The notes beneath the pieces are model-generated. The model had not been told where the DNA came from. It did no database searches and saw only the letters and a list, made by a program, of their open reading frames with translations. Source: Planctomycetales bacterium (GTDB lineage Bacteria; 4484-113). Taken from it: a DNA stretch of 33,489 bases. Shown one piece after another: positions 15,950-25,444 of this stretch (its first letter is position 1; the number at the start of each line of letters is the position of its first letter). Position numbers and translations under genes: made by a program. The stretch lies in contig JBBIJQ010000023.1 of the NCBI GenBank assembly GCA_037445915.1, forward strand, positions 1 to 33,489, written 5' to 3'.

Positions 15950-18900
15950 ATGAAGAACATTTCAATTTTGATTGTGCTGCTTGCAGCACTCGCTCTTATG
16001 TCCTGCGGAGGTAAAGGTGTCTCACTGCAGCCTTCGGTAGGAAGCGATGGATTTAGCGCCATCAAGCTTACGATGATCGCCGATGACGGCAAGACGGCAA
16101 TCCCGGTTAGCGAGCCGTTCAAACTTGCTGTCGAAGGCAACAAGGTATGCGTGAACGCTGAAGGGCTAGAAGGCCTGGAGCGTTCATACTTCCGCGTTGT
16201 CTATCCTGCATCTTCCATGTCTCCACTGGAGGCTAAAGCGGCCGGGTTGGTATCGCCCGACTCCACGGTTTCGCTTTGCTATACCGGCAAGGAAGGCGAG
16301 GTTATCCTTGGCTTCTCAACCATAGCGGGCAAACAGCTGGTCACTGGTAGCGGAACCCTCTTTGAGGTTACTTTCACTGGCCGTCCGTTTGACGCTTCCA
16401 AAGTCGGCGCGGCAGCTCCAAGAGGCTCTCAAAACCGGGTTACGGATTTAAATATCCAGCCCGTAAGCGAGACTTCTTACAGCCTCACATGGACCGAGAG
16501 GAACACCGGCGACTACAACGTAGACGGCGACGTCAACATCGCGGACATTACGCCTATCGCATCCAACTTTGGAAAGCGCGTAAATGATGGCGTTAACGAC
16601 ATTCGCGAGCGGCCGGTTGACGGCGACGGAGATAACAATATCGGCATTGGAGATATCACTCCTTTGGCGATGAATTACAGCAACCACCTAGACGGTTATA
16701 TCGTTTACCGCCGCGAAGGAATCTACAACGCCTTCGCTCCAATCTCATCCCTGATACACCGCGAGCTTAACAACGGAGATGGCATCCTGCCGACCTATCT
16801 TTATAATGACACTGCCGCACCTACCGGAGTTTATGTCAGCTATGAAGTTCGGCCGGTCGATAACCGAGGTGCAACGCCTATTGAAGGCACCGGCTCTCGC
16901 AGTAACCAAATAGACTCAAACGCTTTTCCAGGCTTGATGTATGAGTTTTTAGCTGCTGACCCAGCAGCAATGGGCGTTGAGGAGCTTGCGCAAATCTTTG
17001 AGACATACCTGTTTCTATTTGGCGGGACTCAGCTCGGCGTTGTTGACGATTCAGATAATGAGCTGAGCAGCAATGTTGTGCTGGAAGAGAACTTGATGTC
17101 TTTGCGCCATTGTGGGGCTATCTCGCTTGCACAAGCTTGGCAGCTACAGGCGGGCGCAGAACAGTACACGCTTGGTGAAGTGCTAAGCGTGTTTATTGCT
17201 GAGATGGCTTGGGACTCCACGCCTACGGTAGATGAGTTGATTTCTCTCCAACAAGAGAAAGTAAATGAGGCTTGGGCAAGCCTGGCTAGCGACCCAAGCT
17301 CTTGGGCGATTGTACTTCAGTATAATCAAGGAGATTTACTTAACGAGATAGCTCCTGCGTTGTCTCCCGACACTCCGCTTAGCTTTTTTCAAGCTTGGGC
17401 TCTGGCTGTCTCATTCATGAGATGGGTTGATACAGAAGGGAAAGCTACATCTGCTTACGAGAATGTTTTAACCTTCTATCCCAATATGCCGGGGACATTC
17501 GACGATGCTGGAACCCTTTCCAGACGGCTGTATAATCAGTGGACTAGCACTTCCTTCAACTGGCGCGTGCTCCAAGCTGGGGCGGGCGGTGGGATGTCAT
17601 GGCTATTGGGTGCAAGCCCGCATGTTATTGCAAAGATGGCTGTTTTCTCTTTTTTAGTGAAGCCATTGGCAGGCTGTGCGTACGATATTGCCAACAATGC
17701 CCTAAGCAATTTTAGCACTCCAGTAATGATCTCTGCAACTGTTGACCCAGAACCATATGATACTTCACCCGCAGGTTCGTTATTCAACGTTACTATCACC
17801 TGGAAATCAAACGTCCCGTTAGGCGGCAATGGCGGTCCGGGATTTGAAGTTGTTGTAGCTAAAAGTGCTGATGGTCCTTGGCTTCGTAATTCGGTTTCTC
17901 ATGACTGGTTTAATGGAAATGTGCTAGATCCGCCTACAGACTTAGGCGGAGGATTATATTCCGTTAAAGTGCGTGCAATCGCAGGAAGAACGAATACCTA
18001 TAAAGTCCAGCGACGTGATATTCGGTGGGGACCGGACAATGTTGTTATGTCGGGAAACTCAATCGTAGTGAACATCCCAGCTGGCCCATCAGTTATCGGA
18101 TTAGTTCGCGACACCGAAGACAAGCCCTTGCCTAACATTAACGTTGCGACTAGCGATGGTACTAAGACTTGGACCGCTAAGACTGATTCTAATGGACGCT
18201 TTCAGCTAGTGGACATTACGCCTGGGCAGAGAGTAGTTTCCTTTTCCGCTCGTGGTTTTTCTACTCATCTGGAGCAAGCGCTTGTTGGGTGGAATGTGCA
18301 CGCGCTGGACATAGTTCTGCCCGCATACGTCGGTGACGTGACGCAGCCGCCTGTAATTGACCCGTTTGAATATAACCAGTCCGAAACGGACGTTACGAAC
18401 GGCCTCGCGAACATCACAGGCCGCGTTATGAACCTTGACGGCCCGAAGATCATTCTCATCCAAAATGGCCAGGAGAACCTGCTGGAAGTGGATACAAGCG
18501 GCTATTTGAACTACCGCGCTGTTCTCGTCCCCGGCCAGAACAAGTTCAAGATACGCGCTGTAAACGCCTTGGGTGAAACAATCTCAGAGGAGCTCACAAT
18601 AGTTTTCGCTGCGACCTTCCTGTTCCGTGTAACGCTCACATGGAACCAGGGCGGCGGTAGCGACATTGACCTCTACACCAAAGACCCGAGTGGCGATGTC
18701 AGCTACTACAGCAACAAGGGTATTAACTCAGGCAGCCTGGATGTGGACAACACGTCCGGCTACGGTCCTGAAAACTTCACATGCAATTGGGATGCCGGCT
18801 CAGGAAGCCCAGAAGTCGGCAGCTACCAGGTGGGAGTAAACTACTATTCAGACCGCCAGGCTGATTCAGGCGCAGATCCTCCAATACTTCCTCGTCCGGT

Positions 18901-19075
18901 AGGATGCTCTATCCGCGTCGTCCTCAACCCGCAGACTCCGCAGGAACAGACGCTGTTCTACAGCGGTAGCGTAACCGTGCCGAACAGCGGCAGCGACTGG
19001 TTTGGCGGCGGCGGCTCATGGTGGAATCCCGTTTCTATAAGCGTTGACGCCTCAGGCGTCGCATCTGTAAGTTAG
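15950..19075 (+). CDS. Large modular lipoprotein: cohesin-like N-domain, dockerin/EF-hand pair, unknown central region, carboxypeptidase-regulatory-like, Ig-like and YfaP/DUF2135-like C-terminal domains
   Basis: Start ATG 15950 after GGAGG gives MKNISILIVLLAALALMSC (lipobox); GDYNVDGDVNIADITPIA and DGDGDNNIGIGDITPLA; GLVRDTEDKPL...TDSNGRF; RVTLTW...DIDLY...LDVDNTSGYGPENF. Confidence 0.8.
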   Translation: MKNISILIVLLAALALMSCGGKGVSLQPSVGSDGFSAIKLTMIADDGKTAIPVSEPFKLAVEGNKVCVNAEGLEGLERSYFRVVYPASSMSPLEAKAAGLVSPDSTVSLCYTGKEGEVILGFSTIAGKQLVTGSGTLFEVTFTGRPFDASKVGAAAPRGSQNRVTDLNIQPVSETSYSLTWTERNTGDYNVDGDVNIADITPIASNFGKRVNDGVNDIRERPVDGDGDNNIGIGDITPLAMNYSNHLDGYIVYRREGIYNAFAPISSLIHRELNNGDGILPTYLYNDTAAPTGVYVSYEVRPVDNRGATPIEGTGSRSNQIDSNAFPGLMYEFLAADPAAMGVEELAQIFETYLFLFGGTQLGVVDDSDNELSSNVVLEENLMSLRHCGAISLAQAWQLQAGAEQYTLGEVLSVFIAEMAWDSTPTVDELISLQQEKVNEAWASLASDPSSWAIVLQYNQGDLLNEIAPALSPDTPLSFFQAWALAVSFMRWVDTEGKATSAYENVLTFYPNMPGTFDDAGTLSRRLYNQWTSTSFNWRVLQAGAGGGMSWLLGASPHVIAKMAVFSFLVKPLAGCAYDIANNALSNFSTPVMISATVDPEPYDTSPAGSLFNVTITWKSNVPLGGNGGPGFEVVVAKSADGPWLRNSVSHDWFNGNVLDPPTDLGGGLYSVKVRAIAGRTNTYKVQRRDIRWGPDNVVMSGNSIVVNIPAGPSVIGLVRDTEDKPLPNINVATSDGTKTWTAKTDSNGRFQLVDITPGQRVVSFSARGFSTHLEQALVGWNVHALDIVLPAYVGDVTQPPVIDPFEYNQSETDVTNGLANITGRVMNLDGPKIILIQNGQENLLEVDTSGYLNYRAVLVPGQNKFKIRAVNALGETISEELTIVFAATFLFRVTLTWNQGGGSDIDLYTKDPSGDVSYYSNKGINSGSLDVDNTSGYGPENFTCNWDAGSGSPEVGSYQVGVNYYSDRQADSGADPPILPRPVGCSIRVVLNPQTPQEQTLFYSGSVTVPNSGSDWFGGGGSWWNPVSISVDASGVASVS

Positions 19076-19096
19076 GACATCTGAAGTATTCGCTAC

Positions 19097-19132
19097 AAGC
19101 GCTCCGGCCTTTGGGCTGGGGCGCTTTGCTTT
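19097..19132 (+). terminator. Probable intrinsic terminator
   Basis: AAGCGCTCCGGCC-tttg-GGCTGGGGCGCTT stem followed by TGCTTT, 21 nt after the lipoprotein stop. Confidence 0.7.
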
Positions 19133-19137
19133 AAGTC

Positions 19138-19146
19138 TGCTATCAT
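19138..19146 (+). promoter_or_regulatory. Extended -10 promoter (TGcTATCAT), leaderless rodA
   Basis: TGC-TATCAT-ctacgc-GTG, with the GTG at 19153; no Shine-Dalgarno. Confidence 0.6.
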
Positions 19147-19152
19147 CTACGC

Positions 19153-20253
19153 GTGCGCTTGAGGTATGAAGAAACGAGCCCGCGCTTTGGCGGTTGGCAT
19201 TTCACGCTGCCGGCAGTGTTCTGCATAATTAGCTGGATACTCCTATATTCCACGACCTTCACAGGTTCGCTCCTGCCATCTCGCACGCTTGTAATGCAGG
19301 CTATCTATACAGTGCTGGGTGTTGGTGTGTATCTGCTTATTTCACGTGTGCGCGTAGGCATTCGCCCGGCGGTGTGGTATCACCTTTTCTATCCCATTTT
19401 CGGGCTGCTTCTCTTGACCCTCATCGTAGGCTGGGCAGCGCACGGCTCCCGACGATGGCTAAAGTTTGGCGACCTTACTATCCAGCCTAGCGAGTTCGCT
19501 AAGATATTCGCCATTTTCCTGCTCGCCTACTTTCTCAGCGAATACTTGATGTCCGAGGAGGGGCGGCGCTTCATTACAGCCTGCGGCGCCTTGTTTGCAT
19601 TAGCCTTGCCCATATTGCTCCAGCCCGACCTCGGCACAGCGATAGTTTTCCTCTTCCTGCTCATCACGCTGCTTTGGGTGAAACCTGTCCCGCGCCGGTA
19701 TATCGTAGCCATATTTGTCGCTTTGGCTATCGTTGCTGTCCCTGGTTGGTTTGTCCTGAGAGACTACCAGAAAGCGCGCATACTTACGTTTATTCAGCCT
19801 GAAAGAGACATTCTTGGATCCGGCTATCACGTTCACCAAAGCAAGATAGCCATTGGGTCAGGGGGCATCTGGGGTAAGGGCTTCTTGAGCGGCACGCAGA
19901 CGCAAGGGCAGTTCATTCCCGTGCAGGCCTCCGACTTTATCTTCACGACCGCTGGGGAAGAGTGGGGGTTAGTCGGAGCTCTGGTTATCCTAGGACTCTA
20001 TGCAGCGTTCTGCGCCCGCATATTCGCCCTTGCGCAGCGTGTTTCAACAGACTACCAACGCCTGCTAGCGTATGGCGTGTTGGCGGTCTTCGCCTTCCAG
20101 GTATTCATCAATGTAGGGATGACTCTAGGCCTTACGCCTGTTACTGGTATTCCGCTGCCATTTCTCTCAGCAGGCGGCAGCTCCATGCTTACCATGTGGG
20201 CGCTTGCCGGCATCCTCGCAAGCCTGGAAAAACACCTCCCGGCAGGGCGGTAA
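19153..20253 (+). CDS. rodA: SEDS-family peptidoglycan glycosyltransferase RodA
   Basis: GSRRWL...IQPSEFAK, QPDLGT, YQKARILTF, GYHVHQSKIAIGSGG, SDFIF...EEWG, PVTGIPLPFLSAGGSS. Confidence 0.92.
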   Translation: MRLRYEETSPRFGGWHFTLPAVFCIISWILLYSTTFTGSLLPSRTLVMQAIYTVLGVGVYLLISRVRVGIRPAVWYHLFYPIFGLLLLTLIVGWAAHGSRRWLKFGDLTIQPSEFAKIFAIFLLAYFLSEYLMSEEGRRFITACGALFALALPILLQPDLGTAIVFLFLLITLLWVKPVPRRYIVAIFVALAIVAVPGWFVLRDYQKARILTFIQPERDILGSGYHVHQSKIAIGSGGIWGKGFLSGTQTQGQFIPVQASDFIFTTAGEEWGLVGALVILGLYAAFCARIFALAQRVSTDYQRLLAYGVLAVFAFQVFINVGMTLGLTPVTGIPLPFLSAGGSSMLTMWALAGILASLEKHLPAGR

Positions 20254-20255
20254 AG

Positions 20256-21236
20256 TTATTCCCACAAAGGCTTTCCCGGTAGCGTGGAGAACGTCGCTTC
20301 AGGAACGCCTAAGAGATTTAGGATAGTCGGCGCGACATCCAGCATGGCGCCGCTTTGATATTTATGCGCAGTGTCGTTCACCGCGAAAAACGCGTCGGGC
20401 GCATCGTTGTGCTGCTTCTTGCCTTCGTCAAAACCGTGGTCGGTTACTACTACTAGGAGAGTTTCATCCAGCAGCTTGAGCTTCTCAAGCCTGGCTGTAA
20501 CCGTTCCCAGCCAGGCGTCGCAAGTTATGATGGCGTTCCCATACTCAGCGCTGTTCTCGCCGGACTTATGCCCAGCGGAATCAGGGTCCGCGAAGTGCGC
20601 GAAGATGGCGAAACGGTTATGCGGGGCGTATTCGCGTAACATGCCAATTAGCAGCCTACCTACTTCATCGGCGTTGCGGGGCGTGTCGCCGAGCCAAACA
20701 TCATATCCTGCACGTGAAAAGTGCCACGGCTCACCCTCGCCGGTGTTGACGGTCTTGCCATTCACCGTAAAGCTTACATTCGGGCCAACAGAGCCGACAT
20801 TATGGCTTTTGCCTGCGATAAAGCCAGTGAACACTTTCCGGTCGCTTATCACTTCCAACCTTTCGCATATTGTCGCGCCCTTGGGCATCGGGCGGTATTC
20901 CGCGTTGCTGTATATTCCGCTCACCTTTGCAGCAAGCCCCGAATTAATCTGCGCCCAGCCCGGCTTGGTACAGGTCTTGTGGTCAGTAATCACAATGTGG
21001 ACTAAGGCGCCATTAGCTTTGAGTTTAGCTAGGTTAGGGAGCTTGCCAGCATCAAGTAGCTCGTTTAAATGGTTCCACTGCACGCCGTCCCAGCCGATAA
21101 GAAGCAGGTTTTTCGCTGGCGTGTATGGTGCGGCGCTAGCTTGCGCCATTGCTTCAACGTCTGCCGGTGGGCGAGACAGCGCGCAGGAAGCAATGACCGC
21201 GCAGGCGATAATGGCTATGCGTATTATCTTGCGCAT
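20256..21236 (-). CDS. Exported alkaline-phosphatase-superfamily metalloenzyme (phosphodiesterase-like), possible lipoprotein
   Basis: LIGWDG, putative Thr nucleophile in KTCTKPGW, DSAGH, VTDHG, DVAPTIL; start ATG 21236 after GGAGG gives MRKIIRIAIIACAVIASC. Confidence 0.85.
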   Translation of the reverse strand: MRKIIRIAIIACAVIASCALSRPPADVEAMAQASAAPYTPAKNLLLIGWDGVQWNHLNELLDAGKLPNLAKLKANGALVHIVITDHKTCTKPGWAQINSGLAAKVSGIYSNAEYRPMPKGATICERLEVISDRKVFTGFIAGKSHNVGSVGPNVSFTVNGKTVNTGEGEPWHFSRAGYDVWLGDTPRNADEVGRLLIGMLREYAPHNRFAIFAHFADPDSAGHKSGENSAEYGNAIITCDAWLGTVTARLEKLKLLDETLLVVVTDHGFDEGKKQHNDAPDAFFAVNDTAHKYQSGAMLDVAPTILNLLGVPEATFSTLPGKPLWE

Positions 21237-21324
21237 CTTCCCTCCAATGCGTGAAATGCCTGCAGGCGCGCTTGCTAGAAGCGCTTCATGCATGAAGCGC
21301 TGTGCAGCTAAAACAGCGCGACTG

Positions 21325-22461
21325 CTAGTCTTCTATGCGCTCAATGTTGGCGCGGGGCACTTTGACCAGCTTGCCATTTTCCAGCTTAACCTCAAGGACG
21401 CGCACCTTGGTTTCGCTCTCAACGCGCTCTAACGCCGGGGTAAGCTCGGTAACGGTCCCAAGCATGCCGAAATAGGGCTCGCGGATAATGCGCACATGGT
21501 CGTCGATTTGCACGGCATGCGCAGCTTCGTGCTCCTCTTCGGTCATCGTAGCCCATTCATTCTGCGCAAATGGGATAATAACTTCGGGGCGAATAACGCC
21601 TGCGCGGATCTGTGTCGCACCTGAAATGGACGCGCGATTGCCGTCGCGCTCCTTAAGGAGATCAAAAGTCTTCTGCGCCATAGGTATTTCGCCAAAGCCC
21701 TCGGTCATTACGAGTGTGAGCCCTATCTGCTCATGGCCTGTTATGGCAACGCCAAGGTCGTACCCTAGGATACTGCGCACATCAGAGTCGTGAAATCCGC
21801 CAACGATGATGCCTTTTATGCCAATGTCGCGTGCCTTTTCGTAAGTAGCTAGTGACAAGTGCTTGCCGCCTACAAGTATCTTGCCCGAATACTCGGGTTT
21901 CAGCCTGTCCGGCGTAAGCACGTCTGTCGGGGCATCAACGGCTACCTTTATGTCGCCCCAGGTTTCCCCGCCAATTCCGAAAATGCCCTGTACAAAGGAG
22001 CAAAAAGTCTCCATCTCAACGCCTACGCTAGGGAGAATGCGCGTGATGCGCCCGTCAAAGTAGGCGTGAACTTGCACTGGTTGAGGTGGCTCACGCAGCA
22101 CGACCTGTCCGGTTATCGCCGAAATGTTCTCTACGACGCCGTCCATAGGCGCCTTTATCACAGTCTTAAGGAACGAAAGGCCAAGGAACGGTTTGTTTTG
22201 CGCGAGAGGCTGGTCTTTCTTGAAGGCTTCGCCTTCTTTCACCAGCATGTAGTCGCGGATTTCCTCAGGTTCAATCCCAAGCTGGTTCACGACGTTAACA
22301 ATCGTAACTGGGCCGGGAAGATTGGTATGCGCAACTACTTCTTCGGCGCGCACGACATCGCCGACTTTAACGAGAACCTCGCCCTTCAAAGGAAGGGAGC
22401 GATCGCGAGTTAGCCTTGTCCGACGCGTTACGCGCAGACCTGGCGTGTATGCATGAGCCAC
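21325..22461 (-). CDS. Hypothetical protein: two barrel-sandwich-hybrid-like motifs, alpha/beta core, C-terminal KOW/SH3-like domain
   Basis: GEVLVKVGDVVRAEEVVA; LVKEGEAFKKDQPLA...IKAPMDGVV; QGIFGIGGE; DDHVRIIREPYFGMLGTV; Shine-Dalgarno GGAGGT. Confidence 0.8.
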   Translation of the reverse strand: MAHAYTPGLRVTRRTRLTRDRSLPLKGEVLVKVGDVVRAEEVVAHTNLPGPVTIVNVVNQLGIEPEEIRDYMLVKEGEAFKKDQPLAQNKPFLGLSFLKTVIKAPMDGVVENISAITGQVVLREPPQPVQVHAYFDGRITRILPSVGVEMETFCSFVQGIFGIGGETWGDIKVAVDAPTDVLTPDRLKPEYSGKILVGGKHLSLATYEKARDIGIKGIIVGGFHDSDVRSILGYDLGVAITGHEQIGLTLVMTEGFGEIPMAQKTFDLLKERDGNRASISGATQIRAGVIRPEVIIPFAQNEWATMTEEEHEAAHAVQIDDHVRIIREPYFGMLGTVTELTPALERVESETKVRVLEVKLENGKLVKVPRANIERIED

Positions 22462-22504
22462 TTTAATGTACCTCCGAAAATTAGGCGCGACTTATGCGCG
22501 TAAA

Positions 22505-23101
22505 CTACTGGAGCGGCGGGGCAGGAAAATTACCCTCATTCTTGGGGAACAGAACGTAATACGCCGCCCACATCACAAAGAACATGAACGGCATCGTAAC
22601 GAGAACGCCAATGCCGAAAAGCATGCCTCCAACTGCGTTAAGAATCCCAAGCACAAGGATTAGGGCGAGCATCGTCCAAAACTCCTCTTTCACGCGCGCC
22701 CAGCTGGCCTTCATGGCGCTGACTGCATCCATATCCCTGTCTACGATGAGAAAGAAGGTCATTGACCACAGGATCGCCACAACTATGCCGGGGATGACAA
22801 GCAGCAAGCTCCCGACGGCAACTCCCAGGTAGACGAGGATAAAAGCAACCCACATGTTCCCGAGTTTGTTCAGGTGCTTAAGAAAGTCGCCGAACTCCAC
22901 AGCCTCGCCATGATAGAGCTTTTTCATAACCTCAAGATAACCCGCAATCCAGGAAGGCACCACGATGATGCCGACGATGATGATGCTAAGCAAAAACGCC
23001 CCAATCGCGTAAACGAGCGTCCAAACGATGGCCATCCCGATCTGGGCCATCAGCTTCTCCCAACCCAGTGAGAACACTTCGTTGAAATCCAGCTTATTCA
23101 T
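22505..23101 (-). CDS. Integral membrane protein (DUF975-like)
   Basis: Several hydrophobic helices; GSLLLVIPG, DAVSAMKASWARVK, GVLVTMP pattern; Shine-Dalgarno GGTGGAG. Confidence 0.75.
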   Translation of the reverse strand: MNKLDFNEVFSLGWEKLMAQIGMAIVWTLVYAIGAFLLSIIIVGIIVVPSWIAGYLEVMKKLYHGEAVEFGDFLKHLNKLGNMWVAFILVYLGVAVGSLLLVIPGIVVAILWSMTFFLIVDRDMDAVSAMKASWARVKEEFWTMLALILVLGILNAVGGMLFGIGVLVTMPFMFFVMWAAYYVLFPKNEGNFPAPPLQ

Positions 23102-23147
23102 AATACTCCACCATCCCCTTAAAGATTTAAATACCCGCGCTTCCCGA

Positions 23148-24995
23148 TTACTGAACCCCTGATAAATCGGGATAAGCGTTCAAAGCCTGAAACCAAGCAA
23201 GTAGCTGTTTCCGGCGATCGTCGTGGTTAGGCGATAGGTAAATCGGGCGGCCGCGCCCATCAAGCACCACGCCGACAACGCCGCCTGAAAGAGTAACCTT
23301 TACTGACTTGCCCTTTCCATCGCCGAGGTCAAAGCTGCGTGTTGGATGAAATTCGCCTTCAGCAGTCTCGCCGACGCCGAGTTTCGGGAACAACTTCAGC
23401 TCGCCAAATTTGAGCTCGTTCTCGTCAACAGAGCCGTCTGGCCACGTAATCTTGTAGGTGCAGATGCGATCGCCGGGCCTTGCCGCGCCGACTGGCACGA
23501 CCGCTGACCCCAAGTATATCATGCAGTCGCGGTCAAAAACTTCTGTTGCTGCCTCCTCATGCACTCGCGATAAAACGCCGAGGTGCGGCATCATAAAGAT
23601 GCTATCTACGGCCAGGATGGTAAACCCTTCAGGCAGGAAGGAATCCAGCAGCAATAGCATTGACTGATTGCGGCGCGGCGCGTGGCTAAGCACACCGCCG
23701 GAGCCTACCAGCAGGTCAAGCTTCATCATCCTGATAAAGCTTTCGCCTGAGGCTGCTTGTGTGAATGTGTCGGAGATGCCGCGCTCCTGCTGGACGCCTT
23801 TCAGGCCCACAGCCAAGCTCTTGTGCTGGACGAAGGACAAGCGCAGGGCTTCGCGTGCCAGGCCATGCTCAATCAGCAGCGACGACAGCGACTGAGGGAT
23901 AGTTGTCGGGCGGATCATCTTGTTCTTGATTTGATTGCGAAGCCACTGTTCTTCCACGTCAAAAGGAACCCAGCGCATAACGTTCTCAAATCCTGCTTCC
24001 GCCAACACGTTGCTGACCGAATAGCTCATGCCCAGGTTCGCCGATACGCTGCGGTTAAAGACTCGCTGACCTTCAACTTTGAAGTCGCTGAACACGTCAG
24101 TCGTCGCGCCGCCGATATCAACGCCGATGACATTCATGTTTTTCTTGCGGGCGATTGTCTGCATAATAACGCCCATCGCGGCGGGAGTGGGCATGATTGG
24201 CGCCCCGACCCAGTCCATAAGCTTGTTATAGCCGGGAGCCTGCGCCATTACGTGCTCTTCAAACAAGTCCTGGATCTTCGCGCGCGCAGGGAACAAGTTC
24301 TCCTGTTCCAGGGTGGGGCGGATGTTGTCGGTGACTGTGAGAGCCGTTCTAGCGCCAAGCGTAGTTTTAATCTGCTCACGCGCGTCTTGGTTGCCTGCGT
24401 AGATGACTGGTAGCTGGTAGGTGATGCCAAGTCGCGGCTTCGGGTCGGCGGCTGCGATGAGCTCCGCCATTTCAGCGACATGGCTGACTGTGCCGCCATC
24501 AATGCCGCCGCTGAGCAAAATCATATCCGGGCGCAGGCGGCGGATGCGTTCTATGCGCTGGTGGGGAAGCCGGCCGTCATTGCTTGCGAGAACATCCATT
24601 ACTATTGCGCCGCCTCCAAGTGCGGCGCGCTGCGCGCTTTCACCCGTCATTGACGCAACCACTCCGGCGACCATCATCTGGAGACCGCCGCCCGCCGAGC
24701 TTGTGCTTATGTAAATGTCGGCGCCGGTGTTGCCTACTGCCGGGTAAATAATGTTTCCCTGATCATCAAGTATCCTGCGCCCTGATAGTTCTTCCACTTC
24801 TTGAATGGAGTTGAGAACGCCCTTAGTTACATCCTCAAAAGGAGCTTCCACGGTAGTAGGCGCCTCGCCGCGAAAGGTTTGACGAAAGCCTTCTTCCTTC
24901 TTCTCAATGAGAATGCACTTAGTAGTTGTGCTTCCGCAATCGGTCGCGATGATAACCTTGATGTCTTCAGGGTTAACCTTCTTATATTCCTTCAT
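23148..24995 (-). CDS. GlmL/MutL-like (glutamate mutase L family) ASKHA-fold ATPase with a C-terminal extension
   Basis: Phosphate-1 ATDCGSTTTK, APTTVE, STSSAGGGLQM, LSGGIDGG, YAGN, IMPTP, phosphate-2 VDIGGATTDVFS, GSGGVLSH. Confidence 0.88.
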   Translation of the reverse strand: MKEYKKVNPEDIKVIIATDCGSTTTKCILIEKKEEGFRQTFRGEAPTTVEAPFEDVTKGVLNSIQEVEELSGRRILDDQGNIIYPAVGNTGADIYISTSSAGGGLQMMVAGVVASMTGESAQRAALGGGAIVMDVLASNDGRLPHQRIERIRRLRPDMILLSGGIDGGTVSHVAEMAELIAAADPKPRLGITYQLPVIYAGNQDAREQIKTTLGARTALTVTDNIRPTLEQENLFPARAKIQDLFEEHVMAQAPGYNKLMDWVGAPIMPTPAAMGVIMQTIARKKNMNVIGVDIGGATTDVFSDFKVEGQRVFNRSVSANLGMSYSVSNVLAEAGFENVMRWVPFDVEEQWLRNQIKNKMIRPTTIPQSLSSLLIEHGLAREALRLSFVQHKSLAVGLKGVQQERGISDTFTQAASGESFIRMMKLDLLVGSGGVLSHAPRRNQSMLLLLDSFLPEGFTILAVDSIFMMPHLGVLSRVHEEAATEVFDRDCMIYLGSAVVPVGAARPGDRICTYKITWPDGSVDENELKFGELKLFPKLGVGETAEGEFHPTRSFDLGDGKGKSVKVTLSGGVVGVVLDGRGRPIYLSPNHDDRRKQLLAWFQALNAYPDLSGVQ

Positions 24996-25444
24996 TAACG
25001 AGAATCCTCCGTGGCGTTCACAGGCTTCTCCGGCGGATAATCCTGCAACCGCTTTTCAATTCTAACGATAAGGGCTTCAATTGAAGCCCTCTTTTCCAGA
25101 ACCTCCTGGACGCGATTGTAAAATGTAGCATCTAGACTGAATCCAAGCAAGGGGGCGGTGGCAAGGTTCACTCCGTCAACTGCTATCCCCAGGAGTGGCT
25201 TGAAAAACAACATCGCTTGCGAGCCGATGTAATTCAATGGCCTGATGCTCTCCAGGAAAAGAATGGCTGGTACTGCCATGCTCATTTTTACAACCCGCTC
25301 GGCGAGCTTTTCCAGCGTTTCAATTTCCTCAGGGCTGAGTTCGTCTTCCGTCCCCTTCTCGACAGCGAAGGCGTAACTCAGGCCCGCCTTCATGCGCGTC
25401 CAGAAGCTATCCTTACGCTTCAGGTTTGATAAATCGTTTGGCAT
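24995..25444 (-). CDS. Hypothetical helical protein
   Basis: 149-aa ORF whose stop overlaps the glmL-like start (TAATG); amphipathic segment AVPAILFLESIRPLNYIGSQAMLFF. Confidence 0.75.
   Translation of the reverse strand: MPNDLSNLKRKDSFWTRMKAGLSYAFAVEKGTEDELSPEEIETLEKLAERVVKMSMAVPAILFLESIRPLNYIGSQAMLFFKPLLGIAVDGVNLATAPLLGFSLDATFYNRVQEVLEKRASIEALIVRIEKRLQDYPPEKPVNATEDSR

Noticed and set aside
20371-21432. 353-aa plus-strand ORF
   Set aside because: Antisense shadow of the phosphatase-family gene; Ser/Pro/Ala-rich with no motifs.
23757-24413. 218-aa plus-strand ORF and similar antisense ORFs over hdrA, korA and the 378-aa gene
   Set aside because: Shadows of well-supported genes on the opposite strand.
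23148-24995. DNA mismatch-repair MutL, or a glutamate fermentation locus
   Set aside because: The motifs are ASKHA, not GHKL (the shared name is a coincidence), and no mutase subunits are in the window.
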